Origin: Octopus vulgaris | Lineage: Eukaryota | Direction of reading: 5' to 3' | Length of the DNA stretch: 64,000 bases | NCBI GenBank assembly: GCA_951406725.2 | Contig: OX597828.1 | Location: 38,564,001-38,628,000 of the forward strand | Shown: positions 1 to 13,902 of the stretch, one piece after another | Layout: each line of letters opens with the position of its first letter | Numbering within the stretch: the stretch's first letter is position 1 | Position numbers and translations under genes: made by a program | The notes under the pieces: model-generated | The model's database searches: none | Told to the model about the DNA's origin: nothing | The model's input: only the letters and a program-made list of their open reading frames with translations

Positions 1-284
1 AAAGAAAATACACGGAATCGTTCTGTGCCAATATTTGTTTAGCATGAAGTTATTTGTTTTGAAAAAAAGCAGCAACAACATTGACCACAATTTTATACAT
101 AGTTTCTGTGGGAATTACATGACCAACACCTACCAAATATGTAATCCAATAACCTCAGAAACCGAAGAAAAACAAGCAATAAATAAATAAATAAATAATA
201 ATTCATTCTACTGATTGTTTTCAAGTAATTTAGTGCGTAAATTCCTTGAAAATTCTTATTATTAGAGTCAATATGTGTATTGAC

Positions 285-292
<8 letters not shown>

Positions 293-319
<27 letters not shown>

Positions 320-1456
320 TGTATGTATGTATGTATGTATGTATGTATGTATGTATGTATGTGTATGTATGTATGTATGTGTGTATGTATGCATGCATGT
401 ATGTATGTATGTATGTATGTATGTATGTATGTATGTATGTATGTATGTATGTATGTATGTATGTATGTATGTATGTATGTATGTATGTATGCATGTATGT
501 ATGTATGTATGTATGCATGTATGTACGTATGTATGTATATATGCATATATGTATGCATGTATGTATGTATGCATGCATGCATGTATGTATGTATGTATGT
601 ATGTATGTATGTATGTATGCATGTATGTATGTATGTATGTATGTATGTATGTATGTATGTATGTATGTATGTATGTATGTATGTATGTATGTATGTATGT
701 ATGTATGTATGTATGCATGTATGTACGTATGTATGTATATATGCATATATGTATGCATGTATGTATGTATGTATGTATGTATGTATGTATGTATGTATGT
801 ATGTATGTATGTATGTATGTATGTATGTATGTATGTATGTATGCATGTATGTATGTATGTATGTATGTATGTATGTATGTATGTATGCATGTATGTATGT
901 ATGTATGTATGTATGTATGTGTGTATGTATGTATGTATACTTGTATGTATGTATGTATGTATGTATATGTATGTATGTATATGTATGTATGTATATGTAT
1001 GTATGTATGTATATGTGTGTATGTATGTATGTATGTATGTATGTATGTATGTATGTATGTATGTATGTATGTATGTATGTATGTATGTATGTATGTATGT
1101 ATGTATGTATGTATGTATGTATGTATGTATGTATGTATGTATGTATGCATGTATGTATGCATGCATGCATGTATGTATGTATGTATGTATGTATGTATGT
1201 ATGTATGTATGTATGTATGTATGTATGTATGTATGTATGTATGTATGTATGCATGCATGCATGTATGTATGTATGTATGTATGTATGTATGTATGTATGT
1301 ATGTATGTATGTATGTATGTATGTATGTATGTATGTATGTATGTATGTATGTATGTATGTATGTATGTATGTATGTATGTATGTATGTATGTATGTATGT
1401 ATGTATGTATGTATGTATGTATGTATGTATGTATGTACGTATGTATGTATATATGC

Positions 1457-1489
<33 letters not shown>

Positions 1490-1548
1490 TGTATGTATGT
1501 ATGCATGTATGTATGTATGCATGTATGTACGTATGTATGTATATATGC

Positions 1549-1581
<33 letters not shown>

Positions 1582-1710
1582 TGTATGTATGTATGTATGT
1601 ATGTATGTATGTATGTATGCATGTATGTACGTATGTATGTATATATGCATATATGTATGCATGTATGTATGTATGTATGTATGTATGTATGCATGCATGC
1701 ATGCATGTAT
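293..1710. repeat. ~1.4 kb (TATG)n array with recurrent variant blocks
   Basis: Direct reading; explains the six long ORFs at 93-1895. Confidence 0.97.
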
Positions 1711-1811
1711 GGAGGGCTGGCTGGCTGGCTGGATGGATAGATGGATGTATGCATGTATGTTTGTATATATGCATCTGTATATATGTATGCATATATATGT
1801 GTGGGTGTATG

Positions 1812-2415
1812 TCATCATCATCATCATCGTCATTGTCATTTAATGCCCGCTTTCCATGTTGGCATGGGTTGGACGGTTTGACTGAGGATTGGTGAGCCAG
1901 AAGGCTGCACCAGGCTCAATCTGATCTGGAAAAATTTCTACAGCTGGATGCCCTTCCTAACACCAACCACTCCAAGAGTGTAGTGGGTGCTTTTTCATGC
2001 CACCAGCACAAAGGCCTGTCGGGCAGTTCTGGCAATGACCATGTTCAAAAGATATTTTTTACATACTACCTGCACAGGAGCCAGTTTGGTGACACTGGCA
2101 ACGACCACACCCGAATTTTGTTTTTCACGTGCCACTGGCACATGTGCTGGTAAGGCGATGCTGGCGACAATCACACTCAAATGTTGCTTTTTATGTGCCA
2201 CCAGCACAGGAGCCAATCCGTGGCCCTGGTAACAATCACACTCGGGTGTGCTTTTAACGTTCCACTGGCATGAGTGCCAACCAGGCAGTACTGTCCTCGG
2301 CCACGTCAGTGAGTTTGATTTCATTTCATTTGCCTCAATAGGTCTACGCAAGCAAAGTTTATTGTCCAATGAATTAGGGGTACTCATTAGTGGGCTGGTT
2401 ACACCCACTGGCATA
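1812..2415 (-). mobile_element. RTE-LINE 3' UTR copy (family C), (GAT)n tail; other copies near 8565, 12895, 15461, 26500-27270, 28400, 33640, 35430, 63455
   Basis: Shared GGAAGGGCATCCAGCTGTAGAAA...CATGCCAGCATGGAAAGCGGACGTTAAA(TGA)n end and internal GTGCC..GGCAC repeats; linked to RTE coding sequence at 15712-16345. Confidence 0.8.
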
Positions 2416-2795
2416 TATATATAAATATATATAATAATTCAGGGAATAATAGAAATATTAAAATTAAAATAACAATAAAATAACTTACAGGGAAAAAATT
2501 CAATTTAGAAATACTAAATCAAATTTCACACAATATAATATATATATATAAAAATTAGAAAAACCACCTTTTATCAATTCAAAACGAACAATTAAATTAC
2601 ACCATCTAGAAAATTACATATAATAGAAATATTATATACCAATTATATATGCTTTTATTATTTTTTTGCAATTTACTTAATCATTGGTATTTTATTGTTA
2701 TTTTAATTTTAATATTTCTATTATATGTAATTTTCTAGATGGTGTAATTTAATTGTTCGTTTTGAATTAATAAAAGGTGGTTTTTTCTAATTTAG

Positions 2796-2842
<47 letters not shown>

Positions 2843-3039
2843 TACATATGTATATACATTCAGGGATATGTATATACATACATACATACATACATATGTA
2901 TATGTGTCCAACCCAGCATAGAAAAGAGATGTTAAATGATGATGGTGATACATAGATGTAGTTTACTGTTCCATTATAGGTAGGCTCAATGAAAAAAGTA
3001 GTCCAGCTATTGAAAGATAAATATTTAATGTACCCAGTA

Positions 3040-3665
3040 TTTAGATAAGAGCTGCTAATAGTTTCATGCTGTGGAAGCACGATAATTCAGCAGATTTATG
3101 CAATGTGCCTTGTGTCTTCAAGCAGTTCTTCGGGCTCAGTAGATGTAGTTAGCCTTATTTGAAAACCAGGATGCTAGTCTATGAGAAAACACAAGTAAGA
3201 GCAACAAGTATGCTGACCTAAAAAGTGAAACAAGAAAACAAAGGGTGGATAACAACAGGAAAAGAAAGAAAACCAAAAGTTACATTCCCTTTGTTTGCAG
3301 AAGTCATAAATAATCTAGCTGGTGTTGAATAATTGAATAGGGAGAAAAGCAAAGGTTATGAGACAGCTGCTCAATCTGGAGCAGGTTTAACAAAAGAAAT
3401 TTGTCAGGATTTGGAATTAAGTAGTGTGGTGGAATACTTGGATCTAAAAAGAATGTGCACTCTTTCAGCTATACATAGCTTACATCTCTTTGATTCATTT
3501 ACATATGGTGCAGATTTCTTCATGATTCTCCAGTTGGTTGTGTGCAGTTGGTCTTCAGATCCCATACATGACTTGTCAGCTTAGTGGCTACACTTTTATC
3601 AATATGTCGGAAAGATACTGGTGGTTAGCATAACAACTTTTAAATTACCTTTGCATGTTCGACAA
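3040..3665 (-). mobile_element. Decayed Penelope-like element 3' end (GIY-YIG C-terminus plus hammerhead-bearing terminal repeat)
   Basis: Frameshifted translation FRHIDKSVATKLTSHVWDLK / WRIMKKSAPYVNESKRCKLCIAERVHIL..LLNSKS matches the PLE endonuclease tail pattern; hammerhead relic downstream on the same strand. Confidence 0.75.
3049..3137 (-). ncRNA. Hammerhead ribozyme relic (type I, long stem II, core mutated)
   Basis: GAGC-CCGAAGA-[61 nt hairpin]-GAAAC-TATTA-GCA-GCTC. Confidence 0.6.
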
Positions 3666-4050
3666 AATGTTTGGCAGAATATCACCTGAAGAAATGGAAT
3701 GGTTATATAACAATACAAATGAACAAAATGTTATCTATTATATTATATAAAGCACTCATATTTGGGAATATAGCATGCTTTTAAAACGTGTGTAGTGATG
3801 TTTTGAACTATCCGTTTTTGTCTACGCTGTGTGTGTGTGTGTGTGTGTGTGCGAATGTGTGTGTGTATGTATGCGTGTGTTATGTTGGTAGAGTTAAAAT
3901 CCAAGCTGTGTCCCTTTGAAGCACATCTGTTTATTCCAGTATTTTAATTATATATAAACATAAATGTGAATTTCATAATTCCTATTAGCAAATGACACAT
4001 GTCTAATGATAAATAAATAATAGCCAAAAATGTTTCCCACTTCCGTTTTG

Positions 4051-4054
<4 letters not shown>

Positions 4055-4094
<40 letters not shown>

Positions 4095-4106
4095 GTATAT
4101 ATAAAA

Positions 4107-4153
<47 letters not shown>

Positions 4154-4169
4154 CATATATATACATACG

Positions 4170-4213
<44 letters not shown>

Positions 4214-4241
4214 GTATACATATATATATGTATATATGTAC

Positions 4242-4286
<45 letters not shown>

Positions 4287-4294
4287 TATATGTG

Positions 4295-4343
<49 letters not shown>

Positions 4344-4374
4344 GTATATGTACATATATACATATATATATATG

Positions 4375-4432
<58 letters not shown>
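4055..4432. repeat. (TA)n-rich microsatellite; similar blocks near 7230-7680, 22130-22442, 37140-37620, 42470-42830, 51710-51905
   Basis: Direct reading. Confidence 0.95.
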
Positions 4433-4435
<3 letters not shown>

Positions 4436-4617
4436 GAAGATTTTTCTTCTCCTTCTTCTCTGCCAAGAATTCACAATGCCCTCGAACCCACAAATGTAAA
4501 CAAGAGACAGAGACAAGCAGAAACAAGGAAAATGCCACTCGTATTTGAATACCATGCAAATATTTTTTTTTTTTAACTTTTCTTTTAATTTTTCCAAAAT
4601 TTAATTGTTGTCCATAC

Positions 4618-4659
4618 TTAGAGTTGAAAAAGTCTCAATGACTGAAACCGGTACTCTAA
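4618..4659 (+). ncRNA. Minimal type I hammerhead ribozyme candidate with U3-A8 core variant
   Basis: TTAGAG-TTGAAAA-AGTC(tcaat)GACT-GAAAC-CG-GTA-CTCTAA: 6-bp stem I, 4-bp stem II, palindromic ACCGGT stem III. Confidence 0.65.
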
Positions 4660-4869
4660 AAATTTTTTATAAAATTATTTTAGCATTTTCTACCTTGACT
4701 TTTTTTTCCATATATATAATTATATATATATATATATATATATATCAACTCATGAGTTCCTTTTTCGACCTTCTACATATATATATATATATACATATAT
4801 ATACACACGCATGCCCAAGTATATCTATATCTTTTTCTTTCCTCTTTCCAGCACACCAACTTATAAAAG

Positions 4870-4986
4870 ATGACCAGTACTCCAGCCGTGAGTCTGTCAC
4901 TACTCGTGTTCTGCCTTGCTGTGACAGCCATTTCTGGAAATCCCAGAAAAGTGGAACTCTTGATGCCCAATGTACAACCCAGAGTA
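4870..4986 (+). CDS. PHM: PHM coding exon 1 (signal peptide ...[11 protein letters not shown])
   Basis: Pyrimidine tract and AG at 4850-4851 (implies an unlocated upstream 5' UTR exon), ATG at 4870, donor GTGAGT at 4987. Confidence 0.9.
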
Positions 4987-5990
4987 GTGAGTGTTCATAT
5001 ATCATTTGTTCCTTTTTTAAAATATTGCTAATATAACAAACATTATCCTGAGACAGAAAGTTGCTAGTGAATGCATTAACGTATGCATTGCTTGTTAAGC
5101 AGCTTCATTGGTTATTGAACTTTCAAGCATTTGTCATTCTGTCTCCTAAAATGAGACACCATAATTTATTCTTGCTTTCATTAGTTCAATAGTTCTTCAG
5201 TCACTTAATACTAACCAGGTGGGTTATTTTGCCAATGACCAATGTTGTTAAATGTCTCTCTTGAGAGCTTATTGCTAATTTTTATCACTCAAGATAATGT
5301 TTATTATGTCTAATTTCGTTCGCATAAAAAGAATATTAGGTTCAAGCATGGCTGTGAGATTACGAATCTTGCTTCCCATCAATATGGTCTTGGGTTCAAT
5401 CTCACTGTGAAGCACCATGGGCAAGTATCTTCTACAATAGCTCAGGATCAGCCAAAACCTTGAGGGTGGATTTGATAGATGGAAACTGAAAGAATCCTGT
5501 CATAAATTTGTGTGTGTTTGTTCCCCACCTCTGCTTGAGAACCAATGTTGGTTTGATTATATCCCTGTAAGTTAGCAGTGCAGCAAAAAAGACCAATAGA
5601 ATAAGTACTAGGTTTTAAAAAATATAGACCGGGTCCCTTTGGCTAAACCCTTCAGTATGCAAGGGAGATTGTATGAATATGTCCATTATATTAAGAGTTG
5701 ATGGACTGTTCAGAATTTTACCTTTAGGCTAGGTAGTTGTGATCAGCCCAGTCTGGGGCAAAACTCTGTGTAGACTCTTTACTCTCTTTTACTAATTTCA
5801 GTCATTTGACTGCGGCCATGCTGGAGCACCACTTTTAGTCGAGCAAATCGACCCCAGGACTTATTCTTTGTAAGCCTAGTACTTATTCTATCAGTCTCTT
5901 TTGCCGAACCGCTAAGTTACGGAGACGTAAACACACCAGCATTGGTTGTCAAGCAATGTTGGGGAGACAAACACAGACATACAAGCATAT

Positions 5991-6026
<36 letters not shown>

Positions 6027-6334
6027 AACAGGCTTATTTCAATTTCCATCAACCAAATCCACTCATAAGGCTTTGGTCAGCCTGAGGCTATAGTAGAAAA
6101 CACTTGCCCAAGGTGCCATGCAGTGGGACTAAACCTGGAACCATGTGGTTGGTAAGCAAGCTACTTACCACACAGCCACTATTATAATAATCATGTGTGC
6201 GTGCGGGGGGGGTAAGAATGGAGAAAAAGTATTATGTTACAATGAAAGAAAGGATTGTTTGCATGTGTTAATCAAAGGGCTGAATTTCTTCAGAAATCAA
6301 GAAGAGTACAACAAGAGCAACAACAACAATAATG

Positions 6335-6395
<61 letters not shown>

Positions 6396-7315
6396 TGATA
6401 ATAATAATAATATTGGTTTTAAATTTTGGTACAAGGCCAGCAATTTCGGTGGAGAGGGCTAAGCCAATTATTTCAACCCCAGTGCTCTACTGTAATCAAC
6501 TGGCACTTAATTTATCAGCCCTGAAAGGATGAAAGGCAAAGTCGACCTCGGCGGAATTTGAACTCAGAACGTTGCGGCAGGCGAAATACTGCTAAGCATT
6601 TCACCCGGCATGCTAATGTTTCTGCCAGCTCGCCACCTTCACATACCTACCTATGGTTTCAGTCAAGGAATGTGATTAGCTGACAGATTACTTAGCATGC
6701 CATACAAAATTCTTTGGAGCATTTCTTTCGGTTATTTTCATTCTGAGCTTAAATCCTTCCAAAGTCAACCTTGCCTTTCATCTTTTATGGGTTCACTGAA
6801 ACAAGTACCAGTTGAGCACTGGGGCTGATGTAATTGACTAGCCCCTAACAATCGCTGGTCTTGCACCAAAATCAAATGGAAACCATTATTTCAAACAGGA
6901 CAAACTTATTGTGGAACTGCCATAACAAATTAATGGTGATGACCAAGAAATATTCTGTGCACTCTGCTGTATTATCTTTTATTCATCTTGATGTTTCAGA
7001 TGGCTCCTGACAGTTACTATAAACGTGTTGAATAACATAATAGTGGGTGGTGCTGATACGTTGATATGGATTCCCACAAGACAGAAATAGTAAAACCATG
7101 CGAATTTTGTGTTGGTCCATGCTCACCCAGCAGTTTTGCGGATTTGCAGACAACTGCAGTATATGTTGTTGAATATGCTTAGGAGAACAATCTTAATGGC
7201 ATACTGCCAAGCTTAAAATTTTTTAGATACATGTACACACACACATATATATATATACCTATACATATATGAAGAAAATTTATAAATTATATATATATAC
7301 ACACACACATATATA

Positions 7316-7398
<83 letters not shown>

Positions 7399-7401
7399 TA
7401 T

Positions 7402-7445
<44 letters not shown>

Positions 7446-7552
7446 CACATACATATATAATATATATATATACTTATATATACACATACATATAATATGT
7501 ATATACACACATATACATATAATATATATATATATACACACACATATATATA

Positions 7553-7585
<33 letters not shown>

Positions 7586-8936
7586 CATACATATATATAT
7601 GATATAATATAATATAATATGTGTGTGTGTGTGTGTGTGTGTATGTACACGTGTGTGGTTTGTGCGTATGTATGTGTGTGCATGTAACAAAATCAATATT
7701 TCCATATATATTTATACATATGTGGGAAATTCCTTATTGATGCTGTCTGCTAGTAATTTATAGCCAGCAGCAATGATATCCTATTGATTTTGGTACTTCC
7801 CCCATCATTGCTGCTAAATTTAAAATGATGAATAACAGACACAGACACCAGTTTAACAGGAATTTCTCTGGCTACTTGACATGCTACAAATAGCAGCCAA
7901 ATCTCACTCGTAGGTCACCCAGCTGTCTGTTTTAAATGAAGGAGATACATACATTCATCAAAGGGGATGTAATTCCAGACACATCGTGCCTTAAACAGGA
8001 AGGGCTGATCAAAACTTAAGGACCTTCAATCAAAAGTTTATGGAGTCATGGTTGACCTTGGATAAAAACAACAATTCTAGTGCAGCAAATTTCAGTATCA
8101 CCTTGACAACCAAACAGAGTTATCAAGGGAGGCTCTATATAGTCACTCCACATTCTAGAAATAGCAGTCAAATATGGTCATTTTACACCCTCTTGTTTTA
8201 AAATCAAAAACAGCACATTATATCATATAATGGAGTCCTAGATACTCCTAAAAAGATGAGAGGATCATGGTTGGAATGCCTTAGAGCCTATGTCTGCTTG
8301 ATTAGGGCAAGCCTAGCAATAAACAACTTATTAAAATCAATGATATTCTAACATCTTAAGAAATACTCTGAGCAACTGCACAAACAGACCCCGATAAAAC
8401 GTATTTAGAATTAGAAAACCAACCAGCCCCCATAACAGAATAAACACCAATACTAGACACACATAAAAATAATATCATTCTCATACCACCTATCACCACA
8501 AAAAAATAACTATTATGCAACAATATCAACAACAATAATAGCCACCTTTTTATATATATGTGATGTTAGGAAGGACGTCCAGCCGTAGAAACCAAACCAT
8601 TGCAGGCAATAGAACTTGGCACAGTTTTCTGACTTGTAAGCTGCTGTCAAACTGTTTAACCCATACCAGCATGGAAAACAGGCATTAAATGATGACAACA
8701 AAGGCAATGGCAATGATGACAATGACAATATTGCAGTTATGCTGTGTGGTTAAGAAGTTCTCTTTGTAAACCATGTGGCTGGGGGTTCAGGCCCACTGTA
8801 CAGAAACTTGGGGATGTGTCTTCTACTATAGCCCCATGTTGACACTCTGACCAATACCTCGTGAATAAATTTGGTTGAGGGAAACTGCAGGAAGCCCATG
8901 GTGTGTGTGCGTGCATATGTGTGTATGTGTGTGTGC

Positions 8937-8992
<56 letters not shown>

Positions 8993-11900
8993 GTATGTGT
9001 GTTTGTGCGCATGTGTGTGTGTGTCAATGTTCCATATCTGTCATCACTAAAGCAAAATAATGTTGACATTTTTTGTTGACATCATGACCTGTCACTCTGA
9101 ACTTTCAAGGACCTCGAGTATAAATTATCCTTGGCTTAAAAAAAAAAAATTAGATGAGGGTTGGAAACAAGAAAAGCATCCAGATATGTAATCTTGCTTC
9201 ACTTAACTCCTTGTCTAACCCATACTAGCATAGGGAAACAGATGTTAAATGAACAAAGCAAAGGGATCAAGGCCAGTACCCATGCACTTCAAAAATCTCT
9301 CAGTCCCTTATTTGTGAGATTGATGTGGCTAATGTTCAGTTTCAACATTTGAGGGTCAATGTTTGTTTGAAAAAATGTGATGCATGGAGGACAGTAGCAT
9401 AGCTAAAGGGCTGGAAACAGCCTAACTTGGCAAGCACTTTTATAGGGGTGACACTTTGGGATTTTGCAATATGTTGTATTTTATTGTCAGGGCCCAGGTG
9501 GGGAGGTCAAATTCAAGGGCTACCCCATTGTCACCAGAGGAGGAGGAATTCCAAATTGCAATAATCGATAATAGGGAAACACAAAGTCCAAATGTTTAGT
9601 ATTGTAGCATGAGGTGAGATGTCTTAAAGTCTGTTTTGGGAATCGGTAGAAGATACTCGCCCAAGGTGACACATAGCAGCACTGAACCCAGTGGATGGGA
9701 AGCAAGCTTCTTACCACACACCCATGCCTGCACCCATATATATATGGGTGACTAAAAAGGAAGAAAGGATAAAGGTGGTATCACCTTTCTTGCAGCCGAA
9801 AGCCTCTCTTCGCATGTTGAGCGAAGGGCAATGGGAAGTGCTGCTCTTGGTTAAGGCTGACGCTAAAGCAGGTGCTGCTCCTTGGTCTGGCTGACACAAA
9901 AGAGGAAGAGATAGGAAATTCTCTCTGTTATATAGACAGGTCAGTAATGTAGGTCTAACCCTAAACAAAGGACTGACCATTCCTTGACCAGCACAGATCC
10001 TAGGGCATCAAGTGTTTCCTCATCAATTATCTGACATGGAGAGGATTTCCCACTTGCTTTGACAAGCAACAAGTGGGTAGATTTGGTTTCAAGTCTCAGG
10101 CAGGGTCAAGCTAGATCCCTACACACACATCCATACCTGCACTTAACAAAATAAAGTTTTGAGGTAAATTTACTTTTTTCCACAAATATTTAACCCTTTG
10201 TACCTCTTATAAAAGCAATATTCAAAATACCAGTCAGTCGACGGAGGTCATTACTCTTATACCTTTGGCCACAATCAATATATAATGTCAAATAAAACAA
10301 CTCAAATCCAATCAAGTTTTCTCTCGTTATGTATTAATTACTGATTGTTTCTCTTTCATTTTTCTTTTCCAGGCTGATACATACTTATGTCTCTCCTTGA
10401 AGGCAAATACTACAGCAAGCTACATAGGTAAGAAGAAATACAACTACTTTGATATTTTTGCCTTCCACTAAGAATTGAGATGTTTTTTGTTTTTGTTTTT
10501 TTATGTTGTCGTTGTTGTTGTTGTTGTGGTGGTGATGGTGGTGGTGGTGGTGGTGGTGGTGGTGGTGGTGCCTATTCTCTTGAGTCAACCCTGATCAGCC
10601 CAACCGATCTATGATCTCGGGCATTCCAGCTATGACCTTCCCAACTTCTTTGGAGTATCCAAGACTACATTATATAAAGTTTCCTTTGAAATGTCTAGTG
10701 TCATTGTTGTTGTTGTTTTTGTTGTTATTGTTGCTGCCGTTGTTGTTTGTCCTCCCCAAGACAACCCTGATCTACCTGACAGATCTAAGGTCCCCAACCA
10801 CAGAGCCTTGTGAGTGGATTTGGTAGACAGAAACTGAAAGAAACCGGTGAGCTGGCAGAAACGTTAGCACGCCGGGCGAAATGCTTAATAGTATTTCATC
10901 TGCCGCTACGTTCTGAGTTCAAATTCCACCAAGGTCGACTTTGCCTTTCATCCTTTTGGGGTTGATTAAATAAGTACCATTTACGCAGTGGGGTTGATAT
11001 AATCGACTTAATCCATTTGTCTGTCCTTGTTTGTCCCCTCTGCGTGTAGCCCTTTGTAGGCAGTAAAGAAATAAGAAACTGAAAGAAGCCCATCATATAT
11101 ATATTTACATGTGTGTATCTTCATATCTGTGTATGTTCCCCCGTCACCACTTGACAACCAGTGTTTGTGTGTTTACATCCCCTTAATTTAGCAGCTCAGG
11201 AAAAGAGATTAATACAAAAAAAATGTAAAAAAAAAATGTAAAAAAAAAATTACTGGGGTTGATTCTTTTGACTAAAATTCTTCAAGGTGGTGCCCCAGCA
11301 TGGCCGCAGTCTAATGACTCAAACAAGTAAAAGATATAAAAATAGATGTATTATATATGTGTAATAACTGAATTATATATTATGCACTTTAATGTGCACA
11401 CATGGTTCCCTGGGCTGTGAAAAATTTGCCTAGCATAAAACTGGTCTGTGGGGACCACCCGGCCATGACATTCCAGTCTTAACACTTTCATCTTCTTAAG
11501 TGTGTTTGAAAATTTGATGAAAAGACTGACTCAAAATATGAGGATTCTTGTTTTTTTCCAATTGCAAATTGACAAACTTCACCATAAATAACTGTTGCAT
11601 TGTTACTAACATAAGTAGGGAGTTGGCTATGTATAATAAAGCCAGATTTATTACCTGGGAACTGTAGAAGCTGTAGTATGACAGATGAACCCAACTAGTT
11701 GGACCCGGAAATATAATGATCAAGCATTTCCCAAAAGATTGTATGACTCTGAATGTTATGAACTGTATAATTATAGTGGGATGGTAAAAAAAATATCTTT
11801 ATATCCATCCATCTGTCCATCCATATTTTTCTGCTCACTGTTCTTAGGAATAAAGTGAGGGTAGAGTCCTCAGGACTTCCTCCATAGGATTCTATCAGAA

Positions 11901-13192
11901 GCAACGGTCATTTGAATTCCTGGCTGGATTCCCAAGCATAACCAATTGAGACTACATATATTATCCATCCCTCTCATTCTTAGTCAACCCTGAGGTCTCT
12001 TGAAGAATCCTCTTACAATTCTTTCTTGTGACATTCTAATCATATGTCTGCTGCCCCAGAAATGTGGATTCTCAGTGCAGAAAATTAGCAGTTTGACCTA
12101 GAGAGACTCCCTGATCTTTAAGCTATACACACCATTGAATAGCATCACATGTTCAATACAAATGCAGCCTTGGAGTTAGGTGTGAATAAGACCGCCAAAA
12201 ACTGCAATATGAAAAGGGCTAAGAGAAAATAACCATACCACAGTGTCTGTTGCATGGGTTAACAAGAGATGTGTTTGAACCTTAGGTGGAGGGATCTGTT
12301 TGAAAAATATATTGCAGTTTCTACTCAATGCTGGTACAACCAGCAATAAGCTTGTAACTTGCTCTTGGAGGTGTGATGTGAGAGCACAACCAATATAGTT
12401 CCGAGACCCTGACATGAGTCCAGAAGAGAACAACCATTTGTAGTTTTTATATAATTATTTACTTATTAATCAATTTGCTTTTCATTTTATTTATTTCCTT
12501 TTCTTTCTTCTTTCAGTTGGCTTCCAGCCCCATGCCAATATGGCAACTGCTCACCATATTCTCTTGTATGGTTGTGGTACACCAGGCAAAGACGCCAAAA
12601 TCTGGTACGTAAATATTTAATCTCTACCTTTCTAATTTATTCTTTATCTTGGCACTGTGCCATAGAGTACGGCAGACGGGGTTGGGCAGAAACATTAGCA
12701 CGCCAGGCAAAATGCTTAGTGGTATTTCATCTGCCTTTACATTCCGAGTTTAAATTCCTCTGAGGTCGACTTCGCCTTTCATCCTTTCGTGGTCAATAAA
12801 TTAAGTACCTGTTGCATACTGGAGTCGATCTAATTGAGTGCTTGCCTCCCCAGAAATTTCAGGCCTGGTGCCTAGCGTAGAAAAGAATAAGCCTATGTGT
12901 TGGACAGTTTGACTGAGGATTGGCAGGCCAGGAGGTTGCACCAGGCTCCAATCCAATCTGGCAAGGTTTCTACAGCTGGATGCCCTTCCTAATGCCAACC
13001 ACTCTGAGAGTGTAGTAGATGCTTTTTAAGTGCCACTGGCACAGGGATCAGCAGGGATTACCGGCATTGACCACACTCGAATGGTGCATTTTACATGCCA
13101 CTGGCACAAAAGCCAGTCAGGTGGCACTGGCATTGACTATACTCGAATGGTGCTTTTTACATACCAATAGATATAGATATAGATATGTGTAT

Positions 13193-13233
<41 letters not shown>

Positions 13234-13784
13234 CAATGGATGACAATGATACATACATACACACACACACATACACATATATATATCTATATATATCATA
13301 TATATGTATGTACATACATATATATGTATGGGAGTGTTTGTGTATGCATCTTTATGTTTGTGTTGTGCACACATATCTCCACCACCCCCACTGCATAACA
13401 AGCAGTGTTGTTTTCTTTAGATCCCTGTAACTTAGCAGTTCAGCTAACAAGATCAACAGAATAAGTACAAGACTTAGAAAAATGAAAAAAAACAAAAGTA
13501 TGTGCGGAGCATGTTTATTCAGCTTCCATGATCTGTGCATCAATTGTAACATCGTAATCTGAGAACAACCAGTAAACATACAGGTGCAGGAGTAGCTCTG
13601 TGGTAAGTAGCTTGCTTACCAACCACATGGTTCTGGGTTCAGTCCCACTGCGTGGTACCTAGGGCAAGTGTCTTCTACTCTAGCCTCAGGTTGACCAAAG
13701 CCTTGTGAGTGGATTTGGTACACGGAAACTGAAAGAAGCCCGTCTACCAAATCCACTCACAAGGCTTTGGTCAACCCAAGGCTT

Positions 13785-13857
<73 letters not shown>

Positions 13858-13858
13858 C

Positions 13859-13902
<44 letters not shown>

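Noticed and set aside
93-1895. Six ORFs of 486-553 aa
   Set aside because: Stop-free translations of (TATG)n; no coding signal
11488-12433. Short non-repetitive minus-strand ORFs
   Set aside because: No recognisable motifs or consistent exon chain
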